A DNA stretch of 64,000 bases, from assembly GCA_012797175.1 (NCBI GenBank), contig JAAZPQ010000194.1, forward strand, positions 294-64,293. Reading direction: 5' to 3'. The position numbers and the translations under genes were made by a program. The notes under the pieces are model-generated. The model searched no databases. It was not told where the DNA came from and was given only the letters and a program-made list of their open reading frames with translations. Below, piece by piece: positions 29,182-38,749 of the stretch (its first letter is position 1; each line of letters opens with the position of its first letter). Source of the DNA: Bacillota bacterium (GTDB lineage: Bacteria; Bacillota; Dethiobacteria; DTU022).

Positions 29182-30744
29182 TCATGGCTTTTTATAGTAA
29201 ATGATCCGTTCCCAAAGCTTTTTTACGCTCCAGCTACTCGCCCTGGTTTTAGACTTTAGCGCCTCATTCTCTTCACGAAGCTGCTCGATCTGGTAGAGCT
29301 GTTCGCGGTTGCGCGATTCAAGCTGGGCAATTGTTTTCTCTTTTTCCTGCAAGATATTTTCAAACTGGTGGCGCTCTTTTTTTAGTTCCTGCAGTGTACT
29401 GAGATAGCGCTTTCTTTCGGCCTCGCGGGTCTGCCGGCCCTGTTCAATTTTCTGTTTTAAGGTGTCGACGACTTGAGTAAAATCTTCTTGCAGCTTCTGC
29501 AGCTCCGCATCTTTATGCTCCAGGCTCTTTTGCAGCCGGCACATCTTTTTTTCACTTTGCTGAGAGAAGAGAAGCATCTCTTTACTTCTAGATCTTAATT
29601 CTTCCTGCAGGCGCTCTTTGGCGGTGGAGAGATCCGAAATCTGGCCGATAAGTTTTCCCGAGTAACGATCCAGCCTGGTAAAGTCGCTCTCTAGGTCGTT
29701 ATAATCCACCGCCGGCAAGATGGCGGAAGGAAGGCCGCCTGCCGCTGATTCGCTGCTCTCCACGGCGATCCAATAGTTCAGGGGTCTTCCTTCCAGGCTA
29801 AAAGAATTGCTGCGAATCAGCTGCGGTTTTTCAAACCGCTGCGGGGCGATCCGGTCCCACTGGTCACCGGCAAAGCGGTAGCGAAAAAGGGTATCGCTTT
29901 CCAGCCAGGCGATCAGTAGCTCTCCGGATTGGTAGGAAAAGAAAGGGAAAGGCGGCCCTGTCATCTCCGTAGAGATTACTGTTTCCGGCTTCCATCCTCC
30001 GGTTTTCCAGCCCGGCCCGCCCTTGAAGCGGTAACAGATATAATATTTCTCTTCAAAAACGGTGCGCCAAAGCAGGTGCAGGTTCTGGTTCTGATCGACA
30101 ACCAGGGAGGGGTAGGCTATGGCGGTGGAGGTGGATAGGGGGACGGCTTTACTCCAGTGAGCGGCTCCCGGGTCAAAGTAACGATAGTAAAGGCTGGCCT
30201 GGCTGTCCCCATCAATACGGTAGGCCAGGTGGAGACAGTCATGGGCATCGAGAGCGAGATCTCCATAATTCTCCGAGGCGCCGCTGCCGAAATCGATCAC
30301 CCGCGGCTCCTCCCAGCTGCTGCCGGTGTAACGGTGGTGCAGCAGCCACCAGCGCTCTGCGGGGAGGTCGATCGCCAGACAGATAAAGTGAAGAGCGCCT
30401 TGTTGGTCACCGGCCATCAGAAAATGGCTGCATTGCTTGCTCTCTTCCCGGTAAAATAAAACCGGGGTCTCTTCTTCCGACTCCATCGTGGGAACTAGGT
30501 GATAAAAGTGGCCCTGCTCCATGCTCACCAGGTGGGGAAGACGGTTTTTGTCCAGGACAGCGCAGTAGTTGTCCTGGTGCAGTGGGAGAGGGCGAGGTTC
30601 TCCCCAGGCGGAACCAATTCCCTCTTGCAGCAGCAGTTTACCCGCAGGGCCGGGATTAATGAGATATTGTTTGTCAGTTGAGGCCAACAGGTAGGGAGCC
30701 TCCAGGGAAAAACTCTCCTGAAGATAAGAGGGCATCATCTTCAC
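29182..30744 (-). CDS. Hypothetical protein: N-terminal repeated W/Y-rich beta-strand repeats (propeller-like) plus a roughly 170-aa C-terminal coiled coil
   Basis: Repeats such as LHLAYR..LYYRYFDP..W, LHLLWR..YICYRFKG..W and LLIAWLESDTLFRYRFAGDQW. The C-terminus has heptad-rich E/K/Q segments. Confidence 0.4.
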   Translation of the reverse strand: MKMMPSYLQESFSLEAPYLLASTDKQYLINPGPAGKLLLQEGIGSAWGEPRPLPLHQDNYCAVLDKNRLPHLVSMEQGHFYHLVPTMESEEETPVLFYREESKQCSHFLMAGDQQGALHFICLAIDLPAERWWLLHHRYTGSSWEEPRVIDFGSGASENYGDLALDAHDCLHLAYRIDGDSQASLYYRYFDPGAAHWSKAVPLSTSTAIAYPSLVVDQNQNLHLLWRTVFEEKYYICYRFKGGPGWKTGGWKPETVISTEMTGPPFPFFSYQSGELLIAWLESDTLFRYRFAGDQWDRIAPQRFEKPQLIRSNSFSLEGRPLNYWIAVESSESAAGGLPSAILPAVDYNDLESDFTRLDRYSGKLIGQISDLSTAKERLQEELRSRSKEMLLFSQQSEKKMCRLQKSLEHKDAELQKLQEDFTQVVDTLKQKIEQGRQTREAERKRYLSTLQELKKERHQFENILQEKEKTIAQLESRNREQLYQIEQLREENEALKSKTRASSWSVKKLWERIIYYKKP

Positions 30745-30961
30745 CTGCCTGATCAGAATTACTTAATCTATATGCTCTGCCGCGGTAGAATAATCTAGAA
30801 GCGTAATGCGGGGAGAGGCCCGAGCGGAGGATCTAAAAATATGATGCTGTAGATTTATTCACAATATCACCTTCTTAAGCGGTATGCATACTATGTCATT
30901 GAGCAGTACCGATAATATTTGCCACTCGCTCATCTATCACTGCGTAAAGGAGGGTTGTATA

Positions 30962-31639
30962 ATGGGATGCAGTAAGCAAGCGGGCCAGCCTGGTTACCAG
31001 AGAAAAAAAAGCGGAGAGCTTTACAGCCGCCCGGTACCTGACAATCTCAAAATAGGGCCGCTACAGCTCCCCGAAGAAGCGGAGATTGTTTGTATTAAAA
31101 CCGAGAAGGTCTACGAATCCTGCAAAAAGGTTGAAACTAATGAAGAGGTCACCGATCTCACCGGTATCGCTGTCGGTGAGATCGAGGATGTTTGGTGCAT
31201 TGATGTTGAGCTGGTAATCGATGAAGAGCACCCCTTTACCTGTGAGAAGATCTCGAACACAAACCGCGCCAGGGTTTCATTCTGGTTTTACTACCGCTTT
31301 GCCTATATTGATCAGGGCGGGCAGAAATTCTTCACCAGCCAGCCTGTTTTCTTTGAGAAGACGGTGATCTTGAGCGACCGGATCTTTGACAAGAGGCTCT
31401 TTGTCCAGTGTGAAGTATTTCTCGATTGTTTCGAGTGCTTCGTTTCAGGACCGCAGCAGGTGACCTGCTGTATCGGCAAGCTGATCCTGGTTAAATTGGT
31501 GGCCCTGGTGCAACTGCTGGTTCCCTCTTATGGTTTCTGCCCGGAACCCGACTTTTGCACTCAGATAGAGGCGGAGTGCCCGGATTTCGAGCCGGAGTGG
31601 CCGCCGTTCCCACCGCAGTCTGTCCCTACAGGAGATTGA
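30962..31639 (+). CDS. Cysteine-rich hypothetical protein
   Basis: About 20 Cys in 225 aa (FLDCFECF, VTCC, FCPEPDFC, ECPDF). A strong RBS AAAGGAGGG precedes ATG 30962. The ORF track offers 30884. Confidence 0.4.
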   Translation: MGCSKQAGQPGYQRKKSGELYSRPVPDNLKIGPLQLPEEAEIVCIKTEKVYESCKKVETNEEVTDLTGIAVGEIEDVWCIDVELVIDEEHPFTCEKISNTNRARVSFWFYYRFAYIDQGGQKFFTSQPVFFEKTVILSDRIFDKRLFVQCEVFLDCFECFVSGPQQVTCCIGKLILVKLVALVQLLVPSYGFCPEPDFCTQIEAECPDFEPEWPPFPPQSVPTGD

Positions 31640-31656
31640 GTAAATCAATTGAAGTT

Positions 31657-31687
31657 TCTGGTTGCAACCGGTGCGTGGCACCGGTTT
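31657..31687 (+). terminator. Rho-independent terminator
   Basis: aaccggtgc-gtg-gcaccggtt, a 9-bp stem, followed by TTTTTTT. Confidence 0.6.
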
Positions 31688-31764
31688 TTTTAGGTTGCTT
31701 TTCGGACAAGCTTCAGGCGGTATGGTATAATGAGCGAGAATATGGAAAAGGGGGAATTCCGGGA

Positions 31765-33063
31765 TTGAGCTCTGGGGAAACTGTTAAAGTCGGTATGCTC
31801 GGGATGGGGACGGTCGGGGGTGGTGTGGCGGCTATTCTCCAGCGCAATGGTAGCTTACTGGCCAGAAAGACCGGGATTAAGTTGGAGCTGCAGCGGGTGC
31901 TGGTGCGGGATCCTTCGCGTCGTAGGGCGGTCGACCTGCCTCCGCAGATCTATACGACCGATCCTGAGATGGTAGTCAAGGATCCCTCGATCGATGTTGT
32001 CGTGGAGCTAATGGGGGGTATTGAACCGGCGCGCACTCTGATTAGTGCGGCGTTAAAAGAAAATAAATTTGTTGTTACCGCCAACAAGGATCTTATGGCC
32101 CGGCATGGCCAGGAGCTGTTGCAATTGGCCTACTGCTACGGAGAGGATATCTTTTTTGAAGCCAGCGTCGGCGGGGGCATCCCCCTGATTCGCCCCTTGA
32201 AACATTGCCTTGTCGCCAACCGGATTGAACGGATGGTCGGGATTATCAACGGCACGACGAACTATATTCTCACCCGGATGTCCCTTGACGATATGGATTT
32301 CCAGGAGGCGTTGAGCAAAGCCCAGGAGCTCGGTTTTGCCGAAGCCGATCCCTCCAATGATCTTGAAGGGAGAGACGCCGCTTATAAGCTGACTATCCTG
32401 GCCGGGCTTGCCTTTGATTGTTCATTGAATCCCGACGATCTCTTTACCCAGGGGATCAGCGGTGTAACCAGGGCAGATATTCATTATGCCCGCGAACTCG
32501 GCTATACCATTAAACTCCTCGCTGTTGCAGAGCAGATGCCTACCGGCCTGGCCCTGGGAGTTCACCCGGCGCTGGTCCCCCTGACACATCCACTGGCTAC
32601 GGTCTACGACGAATTCAATGCTATTTTTATCAAGGGCGATCTTATCGGTGAGACCATGTTTTACGGGCGTGGAGCCGGAGCCTTGCCCACGGCCAGTGCG
32701 GTGGTTGCTGATATTATTGATGCTGCGTATTCTCTACAGTCTGGAGTTAAAGATAGGCCATCTCCGGGTAAGAGTAACAACCGGAAGATAACACTGCTGC
32801 CCCTCTCCGCCCTCTCTTCACGCTTTTATGTCCGGCTCCAGGCCCGGGATCTCCCTGGGGTTTTCGGTGCCGTGGCGACTGCTTTTGGTGAAGAAGAGGT
32901 TAGCCTGGATATGATCATTCAGAAGCGCAAGACAAACGGCATGGCCGAGATTGTTCTTGTAACCCACGATGTCAACGAGGAGCGTTTTTACCGCTCCCTG
33001 AAAAGAGTGGCCCGATTGCCTGCGATTGAGCCGGAACCCGGCGTCTTCCGGGTACTGGGGTAA
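31765..33063 (+). CDS. hom: Homoserine dehydrogenase
   Basis: VKVGMLGMGTVGGGV NAD-binding N-terminus and a C-terminal ACT region. The ORF track's 31555 start overlaps the previous gene. TTG 31765 follows AAAGGGGGA, and an extended -10 TGGTATAAT lies at 31721-31729. Confidence 0.85.
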   Translation: MSSGETVKVGMLGMGTVGGGVAAILQRNGSLLARKTGIKLELQRVLVRDPSRRRAVDLPPQIYTTDPEMVVKDPSIDVVVELMGGIEPARTLISAALKENKFVVTANKDLMARHGQELLQLAYCYGEDIFFEASVGGGIPLIRPLKHCLVANRIERMVGIINGTTNYILTRMSLDDMDFQEALSKAQELGFAEADPSNDLEGRDAAYKLTILAGLAFDCSLNPDDLFTQGISGVTRADIHYARELGYTIKLLAVAEQMPTGLALGVHPALVPLTHPLATVYDEFNAIFIKGDLIGETMFYGRGAGALPTASAVVADIIDAAYSLQSGVKDRPSPGKSNNRKITLLPLSALSSRFYVRLQARDLPGVFGAVATAFGEEEVSLDMIIQKRKTNGMAEIVLVTHDVNEERFYRSLKRVARLPAIEPEPGVFRVLG

Positions 33064-33202
33064 TAAAGCAAACGGCGGGCCCTGTGATAATTAAAAAGCA
33101 AGCCGGCGGACCCCCTTGCCCTGCCTCTTTCTCCACAAGGAGGGGCCCTGGAAGGAAGGTAGGGGCAGAAGGCCTCCCTTCCCGGTGACGGAGGTGCAGA
33201 AG

Positions 33203-34129
33203 ATGAAGAGAAAAGTAAAAGTGAGGGTGCCGGCTACCAGCGCCAACCTCGGTCCGGGGTTTGACAGTATCGGCCTGGCGCTGCAGATATACAATGAGTT
33301 GACCCTATCGGTAGCGGCGGGGCTGCAACCCACAGTTGAAGTTGTGGGAGAGGGAGCGGCATCGCTACCGCGGGACGGGAGCCATCTTTCGCTAAGGGCT
33401 GCCGACTCACTCTTTAAAGCCGCCGGTTTGAAGCCTCCAACCTGGAATCTGCACCAGTCTAACCGCATTCCGCCCGGCTCTGGGCTTGGCTCGAGCGCTG
33501 CTGCTATCGTCGGAGGGCTGTACGCCGCGAATACCTTTTTGCCGGATCCGTTTAGCCGGGAGCGGCTGTTAGAGCTGGCTATAGAGCTAGAGGGGCATCC
33601 GGATAACGTTGCGCCGGCGCTCTATGGGGGGATGGTCATTAGCTGCCGTGGCTGCGGCCGGTGGCATACTTTTCACGACGCGCCTTTCCCTGGATTACGT
33701 TTATTGCTGGCCCTGCCCGAGTTGACACTTTCGACCAGTGAGGCACGCCGTGTCTTACCGGAGCAGGTCCCGCGAAGCGACGCCGTGTTTAATACGGGCC
33801 GTGCCGCCGCTCTGACCGCTGCCCTGCTCACTGGAAATGAGGAGCCTTTAAGCTGGGCTACGGAAGACCGTCTGCACCAACCTTATCGCTGCCCTTTAAT
33901 TCCCGGGGCTGAAGCGGCGCTGGCAGCAGCCCGCCGTGCCGGGGCAAGCGGTGCGGCGATTAGCGGTGCCGGCCCCTCGATTATCGCCTTCTGGTTCGAG
34001 CGCGGGGAGGCTGACCTCAGGGCAGGGAATGTTGCCGCCGCCCTGGAGGATGCTTTTACCGGTGCCGGGATTCGCTGCCGGGTTATCTCTACTACCGTCG
34101 ATAATAACGGTGTTACCCTGCTCATTTAA
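33203..34129 (+). CDS. thrB: Homoserine kinase
   Basis: VKVRVPATSANLGPGFDSIGLAL plus the GHMP motif PPGSGLGSSAA. ATG 33203 follows GGAGGTG. Confidence 0.85.
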   Translation: MKRKVKVRVPATSANLGPGFDSIGLALQIYNELTLSVAAGLQPTVEVVGEGAASLPRDGSHLSLRAADSLFKAAGLKPPTWNLHQSNRIPPGSGLGSSAAAIVGGLYAANTFLPDPFSRERLLELAIELEGHPDNVAPALYGGMVISCRGCGRWHTFHDAPFPGLRLLLALPELTLSTSEARRVLPEQVPRSDAVFNTGRAAALTAALLTGNEEPLSWATEDRLHQPYRCPLIPGAEAALAAARRAGASGAAISGAGPSIIAFWFERGEADLRAGNVAAALEDAFTGAGIRCRVISTTVDNNGVTLLI

Positions 34130-34307
34130 CCCGGTGAAGATGGGAGCAGCACCTGCTTTACCCGCAGGCCGGGCCGGTCTTCTCAAATTTTAGCAAGTAT
34201 TGGCTGCAGGAATCAGGCAGCTTCTGTGGAATAGAATAAACAATACCGGGAGTATTACCGGTGTGAAAGATGATATGCTGTAGTTGAAACCCGATGGGAG
34301 TGTTGAA

Positions 34308-35471
34308 GTGAGCTTGCTCTCTCACCCGCGGCCGACCAGGGCGGAGATTAATCTCGATAAAATTGAGCATAACCTGAATGAATTTCGCCGGCTGCTCGGT
34401 CCAGATGTGCAGATCATGGCGGTAGTTAAAGCCGATGCCTATGGGCACGGCGCCGTTGAGGTGGCCCGGGCCGCCCTCCGGGCAGGCGCCTCTTCTTTGG
34501 GTGTAGCCTTTATTGATGAAGGGGCGGCTCTTCGGCAGTCCGGAATTAAGGCCCCGATTCTGTTGCTCGGCTATACCGATCCGGCCGATACCCCGGCGCT
34601 GATCGAGTACCGCCTTACGCCGGCCCTCTTCGATCTGGAGACAGCCCGGCTTTTTAGCCGCAACTTTTCGGAGCAGGGAAAGTGCTGGCCGGTGCATCTT
34701 AAAATTGATACCGGGATGGGGCGGATCGGCATTTCTCCGGCGGAATCCGTTGAATTCATGGATACACTTTTCCGCCTGCCGGGTCTGAAACTGGAGGGAG
34801 TCTTTACCCATTTGTCATCTGCTGATGAGGAAGAAGGGGGTGCTTATACGACCGGCCAGCTGCGTCTTTTTGAAGGTGTTATGGCCGCCGCTCGCAAACG
34901 GGGAATCTACCCTGCTGTTTACCACGCCGCCAACAGCGCCGCGGCCATGATTTACCCGCAATCACGTTACAACATGGTGCGGATCGGGATCTCTCTCTAT
35001 GGTTGTTACCCGTCGCCGTGGTTGCAACAGCGCGCTGTAGTTAAACTGCAGCCGGCGATGTCGTTAAAAAGCAAGATTGTTTACCTGAAAGAGGTTCCTC
35101 CACAAACACCGCTGGGTTATGGTCGGACTTACCATACCACCCGGAAGTCTACCATCGCGACGGTGCCGACCGGCTATGCCGATGGCTATCATCGCAGCCT
35201 CTCCAACCGCGGCGAGGTGCTCGTTCGCGGCCGACGGGCCCCGGTTGTCGGGCGCATCTGTATGGACCAGATGATGATCGATGTCAGCCACATTGAGGGT
35301 GCGGCCCTGGGTGACGAGGTTGTCCTTTACGGGAGCCAGGGTCCGGAGCGAATTGACGTTGAAGAGGTGGCCTCGCTCTTGGGGACAATAAATTATGAAG
35401 TTCTCTGCAATGTTGGCAAGCGGGTGCCGCGTTGCTATTTAAAACAGGGCCGCCCGGTAGAGGCGTGGTAA
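34308..35471 (+). CDS. alr: Alanine racemase
   Basis: VVKADAYGHG PLP-lysine motif over the full length. GTG 34308 follows GGGAG; the ORF track offers TTG 34284. Confidence 0.85.
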   Translation: MSLLSHPRPTRAEINLDKIEHNLNEFRRLLGPDVQIMAVVKADAYGHGAVEVARAALRAGASSLGVAFIDEGAALRQSGIKAPILLLGYTDPADTPALIEYRLTPALFDLETARLFSRNFSEQGKCWPVHLKIDTGMGRIGISPAESVEFMDTLFRLPGLKLEGVFTHLSSADEEEGGAYTTGQLRLFEGVMAAARKRGIYPAVYHAANSAAAMIYPQSRYNMVRIGISLYGCYPSPWLQQRAVVKLQPAMSLKSKIVYLKEVPPQTPLGYGRTYHTTRKSTIATVPTGYADGYHRSLSNRGEVLVRGRRAPVVGRICMDQMMIDVSHIEGAALGDEVVLYGSQGPERIDVEEVASLLGTINYEVLCNVGKRVPRCYLKQGRPVEAW

Positions 35472-35597
35472 AAATATTTTGCGGCGAGCGTCTTTTTTTA
35501 AGGCAGTCTGCATAACTATTAATCGAAACCGTATAATAGCCCATATGGAAGAATTGCGGCCTGGTTGTTAATACTATTAAAGGAGGTAGTTGGCATC

Positions 35598-35870
35598 ATG
35601 GGGGAGACGAAAAGGATCATGATTAGCCTGCCACAAAAGCTTTTGATGGAAGTAGATGGAATCGTGGCCCTGGAAAATCGAACCCGCAGCGAGTTTATTC
35701 GTGAAGCGATGAAACTATATCTACAGGAGCGCAAAAAAAGACAGATCCGTGAACGTATGCAGAGCGGCTACCTCGAGATGGCAAAGATCAACCTGACCCT
35801 TTCCAAAGAGGCAATTTATGCAGAAAACGAGGCCGATAGGATTCTGGAAGAGCTGGTCAGCGGAGAGTGA
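35598..35870 (+). CDS. ndoAI: Antitoxin EndoAI/MazE-like (ribbon-helix-helix, CopG family)
   Basis: [18 protein letters not shown]...[14 protein letters not shown]...LVSG is near-collinear with B. subtilis NdoAI. The RBS AGGAGG precedes it. Confidence 0.8.
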   Translation: MGETKRIMISLPQKLLMEVDGIVALENRTRSEFIREAMKLYLQERKKRQIRERMQSGYLEMAKINLTLSKEAIYAENEADRILEELVSGE

Positions 35871-36226
35871 AGCCGGTGGAGGTAAAGCGTGGCTATATCT
35901 TTTTTGCAGACTTAAGCCCCGTGGTTGGCTCTGAGCAAGGCGGGGTGCGTCCGGTGCTGGTAATTCAAAATGATGTCGGTAATCGTTATAGCCCAACAGT
36001 GATTATTGCGGCCATTACTTCACAGATTGACAAGGCGAAGCTGCCTACGCATGTTGAGATTAACGCCGCTGAGTATCATCTTGACCGCGATTCGGTAGTG
36101 CTGCTTGAGCAGATCCGGACGATTGATAAACAGAGGCTGCAAAAAAAGATTACCGAACTGGATGAGCGAGTCATGAAGCAAGTTGATGATGCGCTGCGGA
36201 TCAGCTTGGGCCTGATTGATTTTTAG
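35867..36226 (+). CDS. ndoA: mRNA interferase toxin EndoA/MazF (PemK family)
   Basis: [31 protein letters not shown]...[13 protein letters not shown] is almost identical in its motifs to B. subtilis EndoA. Its GTG start overlaps the antitoxin TGA (GTGA). Confidence 0.9.
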   Translation: MKPVEVKRGYIFFADLSPVVGSEQGGVRPVLVIQNDVGNRYSPTVIIAAITSQIDKAKLPTHVEINAAEYHLDRDSVVLLEQIRTIDKQRLQKKITELDERVMKQVDDALRISLGLIDF

Positions 36227-36337
36227 CAACACCTCTTCTTGGCGACCCGCCGCCTCTGGTTAAAGATTGGACGCCGTCGCTACCGCCTTCTTTTTACCGG
36301 GGCGGTTTTTGATATTTTAGGGAAGGAGCACCCGGCC

Positions 36338-37051
36338 ATGCCGGAAGCATTGCGGCAGAGGCCGCTAGTCGGCATTACTGTTAACCGAAATTACCACCGG
36401 CGGGAGCTCTGGCTGCCCCCGGCCTACAGTTGCCGGATTGAGGAGGCGGGCGCTCTCCCCCTGCTGCTTCCCCCTTTACAGCCAGCTGCTGCCGGGGCTC
36501 TGCTTGGCTCCTTAAACGGTTTGTTGCTAAGCGGAGGCGGTGACGTTGCTCCTCTCTATTACGGGAAAGAACCTCGTCCCGGCCTCGATGAGGTTGATCT
36601 GCAGCGCGATGCCTGGGAGCTGGCCCTGGTTCGGGCAGCGTTGGCCCGGGGTCTGCCGGTTCTTGGGATCTGCCGCGGAATACAACTTCTGAATATCGCC
36701 CTGGGCGGAACTCTGATCCAGGATCTTAACGGGCCGGGCTATTTGCAGCACTGTCAAAAGGCGCCCCGCCATCATCCTTCGCATACCGTGGAGATTTTCC
36801 CCCGAACCCGCCTGGCCTCCCTGCTGGGAGAAGGCCACCTTGCGGTGAATAGTTTTCACCACCAGGCCCCGGCCGCAGTTGCTCCGGGGCTAAAAAAAGC
36901 CGCGGTCTCCCCTGACGGGGTGATAGAGGCTCTTGAAGATCCGAAGCACGGGTTTCTCATTGCCGTGCAGTGGCATCCGGAGACGTTGCTGCACCCTGCC
37001 TCCTGCCTTCTCTTCCAAGAATTTGTCCATGCGGCTTCGAAATTTTGTTAG
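36338..37051 (+). CDS. Class I glutamine amidotransferase / gamma-glutamyl-GABA hydrolase-like (peptidase C26)
   Basis: GICRGIQLLNIALGG nucleophile-elbow Cys plus the HH pair. ATG 36338 follows GGAAGGAG. Confidence 0.7.
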   Translation: MPEALRQRPLVGITVNRNYHRRELWLPPAYSCRIEEAGALPLLLPPLQPAAAGALLGSLNGLLLSGGGDVAPLYYGKEPRPGLDEVDLQRDAWELALVRAALARGLPVLGICRGIQLLNIALGGTLIQDLNGPGYLQHCQKAPRHHPSHTVEIFPRTRLASLLGEGHLAVNSFHHQAPAAVAPGLKKAAVSPDGVIEALEDPKHGFLIAVQWHPETLLHPASCLLFQEFVHAASKFC

Positions 37052-37273
37052 CGGTGGTTCTTCTGCGACCATTGTTCTGAGAAGAGTGTCTCCAGCAAGC
37101 TCCAGAGCTTACTGGCCGGTTAAGTATTTTGGGTTGAATTACCCGGAAGGGCATAGTATAGTAATAAAGAACAGGCTGCCGGGGAACCGGTGAAGCCGGG
37201 CTTTTAGCAGCTGGTCGGCTTTTTTCCCGACCGGTGGGACAAAAGCCCTTTTTATTAAGCGAGGTTTTTAAAT

Positions 37274-38200
37274 ATGAGATCGCTGGAGCAGGTTTTAATT
37301 AAAGCTGTAGCTGGCGACAGGGATATCAGCTGTCCGCAGGAAAGGCTGCGCCTCGGCTATATTGGCGGTTGGGTCAGCATTGCCGGTAATGCCGTTTTAG
37401 CCTCGCTGAAATTTGTCGTCGGCTTGGCTAGCGGCAGCGTCTCGTTGCTGGCCAACGCGGTCCATACCGCCTCCGATATCTTAACTTCGGTTGTAGTACT
37501 GATCGGTTTTAAGATATCGAGCAAGGGGCCGGATCGGGAACATCCCTACGGCCACGGGCGGGTAGAATACCTCATCGGGTTGACCGTGGCTGTTGCCCTG
37601 ATCGCCGTCGGTATCGGCTTTATCTATGATGCCTATCGGCGTCTTGCTAGCGGAATAACGATGCAGCCAAGCCTGGCGGCCATCATCGTGGCTCTCGGAT
37701 CGATCCTGGCCAAGGAGCTGATGTATCGTTTTGCCGGGGGGCTCAGTAAGTTAATTGACTCGGAAGCGTTGATGGCCGACGCCTGGCATCACCGCAGTGA
37801 CGCCTTTACCTCTGCCCTGGTCCTGGTGGCGGTTTGTGGCGGTTACTTTCGTATTAGCTGGCTTGATCCGGTCAGCGCTTTTCTCGTAGCTGGCTTTATT
37901 ATTTATACCGGCGCTGAGATCGCTTACCAGGCCGCAAATAAATTAATTGGGGTCTCTCCGTCCCCGGATCTGCTCGGTGATCTTGAAAAAGAGGCACTGG
38001 CCGTAGAAGGAGTCCTCAATGTTCATGATCTGGAGGTCCATGATTACGGGATCTATAAGGCAGTTACATTGCATATTCGAGTAGATGGTCAGAGCATGAG
38101 CCTCTTCCGGGCACACCAAATCGCCCACCTGGTTCAGGAGAGGCTCGAAGAAAACTTCAATTGCAAGGCGATTGTTCATCCGGATCCGCTAAATGATTAG
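37274..38200 (+). CDS. Cation diffusion facilitator family transporter
   Basis: Six TM helices with a HxxxD-type motif in TM5 (AWHHRSDAFTS) and a C-terminal cytoplasmic domain. Confidence 0.75.
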   Translation: MRSLEQVLIKAVAGDRDISCPQERLRLGYIGGWVSIAGNAVLASLKFVVGLASGSVSLLANAVHTASDILTSVVVLIGFKISSKGPDREHPYGHGRVEYLIGLTVAVALIAVGIGFIYDAYRRLASGITMQPSLAAIIVALGSILAKELMYRFAGGLSKLIDSEALMADAWHHRSDAFTSALVLVAVCGGYFRISWLDPVSAFLVAGFIIYTGAEIAYQAANKLIGVSPSPDLLGDLEKEALAVEGVLNVHDLEVHDYGIYKAVTLHIRVDGQSMSLFRAHQIAHLVQERLEENFNCKAIVHPDPLND

Positions 38201-38395
38201 TGGCCGGTCACCTGCTATTTGGCTGAAATCCCATTCAACCTGCTCCGGTCGGTGGTAACGGGTAAAAGGAGCAGGATAATCTTTATTTCAGGCTGCCTAC
38301 CCTTTTAAGATTGCTCATGTTAATGTATAATGCTGATGAAAATTCCTTTACCGGATTAAGCCGTTCCGGTTGTAATAGAAGAGGAGGCGTTGTCA

Positions 38396-38710
38396 GTGGC
38401 TGTTAATCAGGGGATTGAAGAGGAGCTGGATGAGCTCTGTGACCTGGCCTGCCTCTATCTAAGCCCCGCTGAGAAAGAGCAGATTGCCGGCCAGTTGAAT
38501 GCAATTCTGAGATTGGTAAGCCAGATTCAAAAGGTCGAGACGGACGGGGTGGAGCCGACTTTTTACCTGGCGGCCCGGCCGGTTCACTTTCGGAAGGATC
38601 AGGTTGAGCCTTCCCTTCATCCGGACCAGGTTTTCAGGAACACGGTCCACCGCAGCGAGTGCTATTTCCGTGTTCCCCGCATTGCCGGGGATGAGCCTGA
38701 GAAAGTATAG
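38396..38710 (+). CDS. gatC: Asp/Glu-tRNA amidotransferase subunit C
   Basis: About 100 aa immediately upstream of gatA with a helical N-terminus (EEELDELCDLACLYLSPAEKEQIAGQLN). GTG 38396 follows GAGGAGG. Confidence 0.75.
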   Translation: MAVNQGIEEELDELCDLACLYLSPAEKEQIAGQLNAILRLVSQIQKVETDGVEPTFYLAARPVHFRKDQVEPSLHPDQVFRNTVHRSECYFRVPRIAGDEPEKV

Positions 38711-38749
38711 CGCTGGCATAACGGCCCCATCAACGAAAGGAGCGGTCTA

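Noticed and set aside
31555-31764. The 5' extension of hom overlapping the Cys-rich gene and the terminator at 31657-31687.
   Set aside because: A strong terminator and an extended -10 promoter lie inside this stretch. The conserved Hom N-terminus starts at about 31765.
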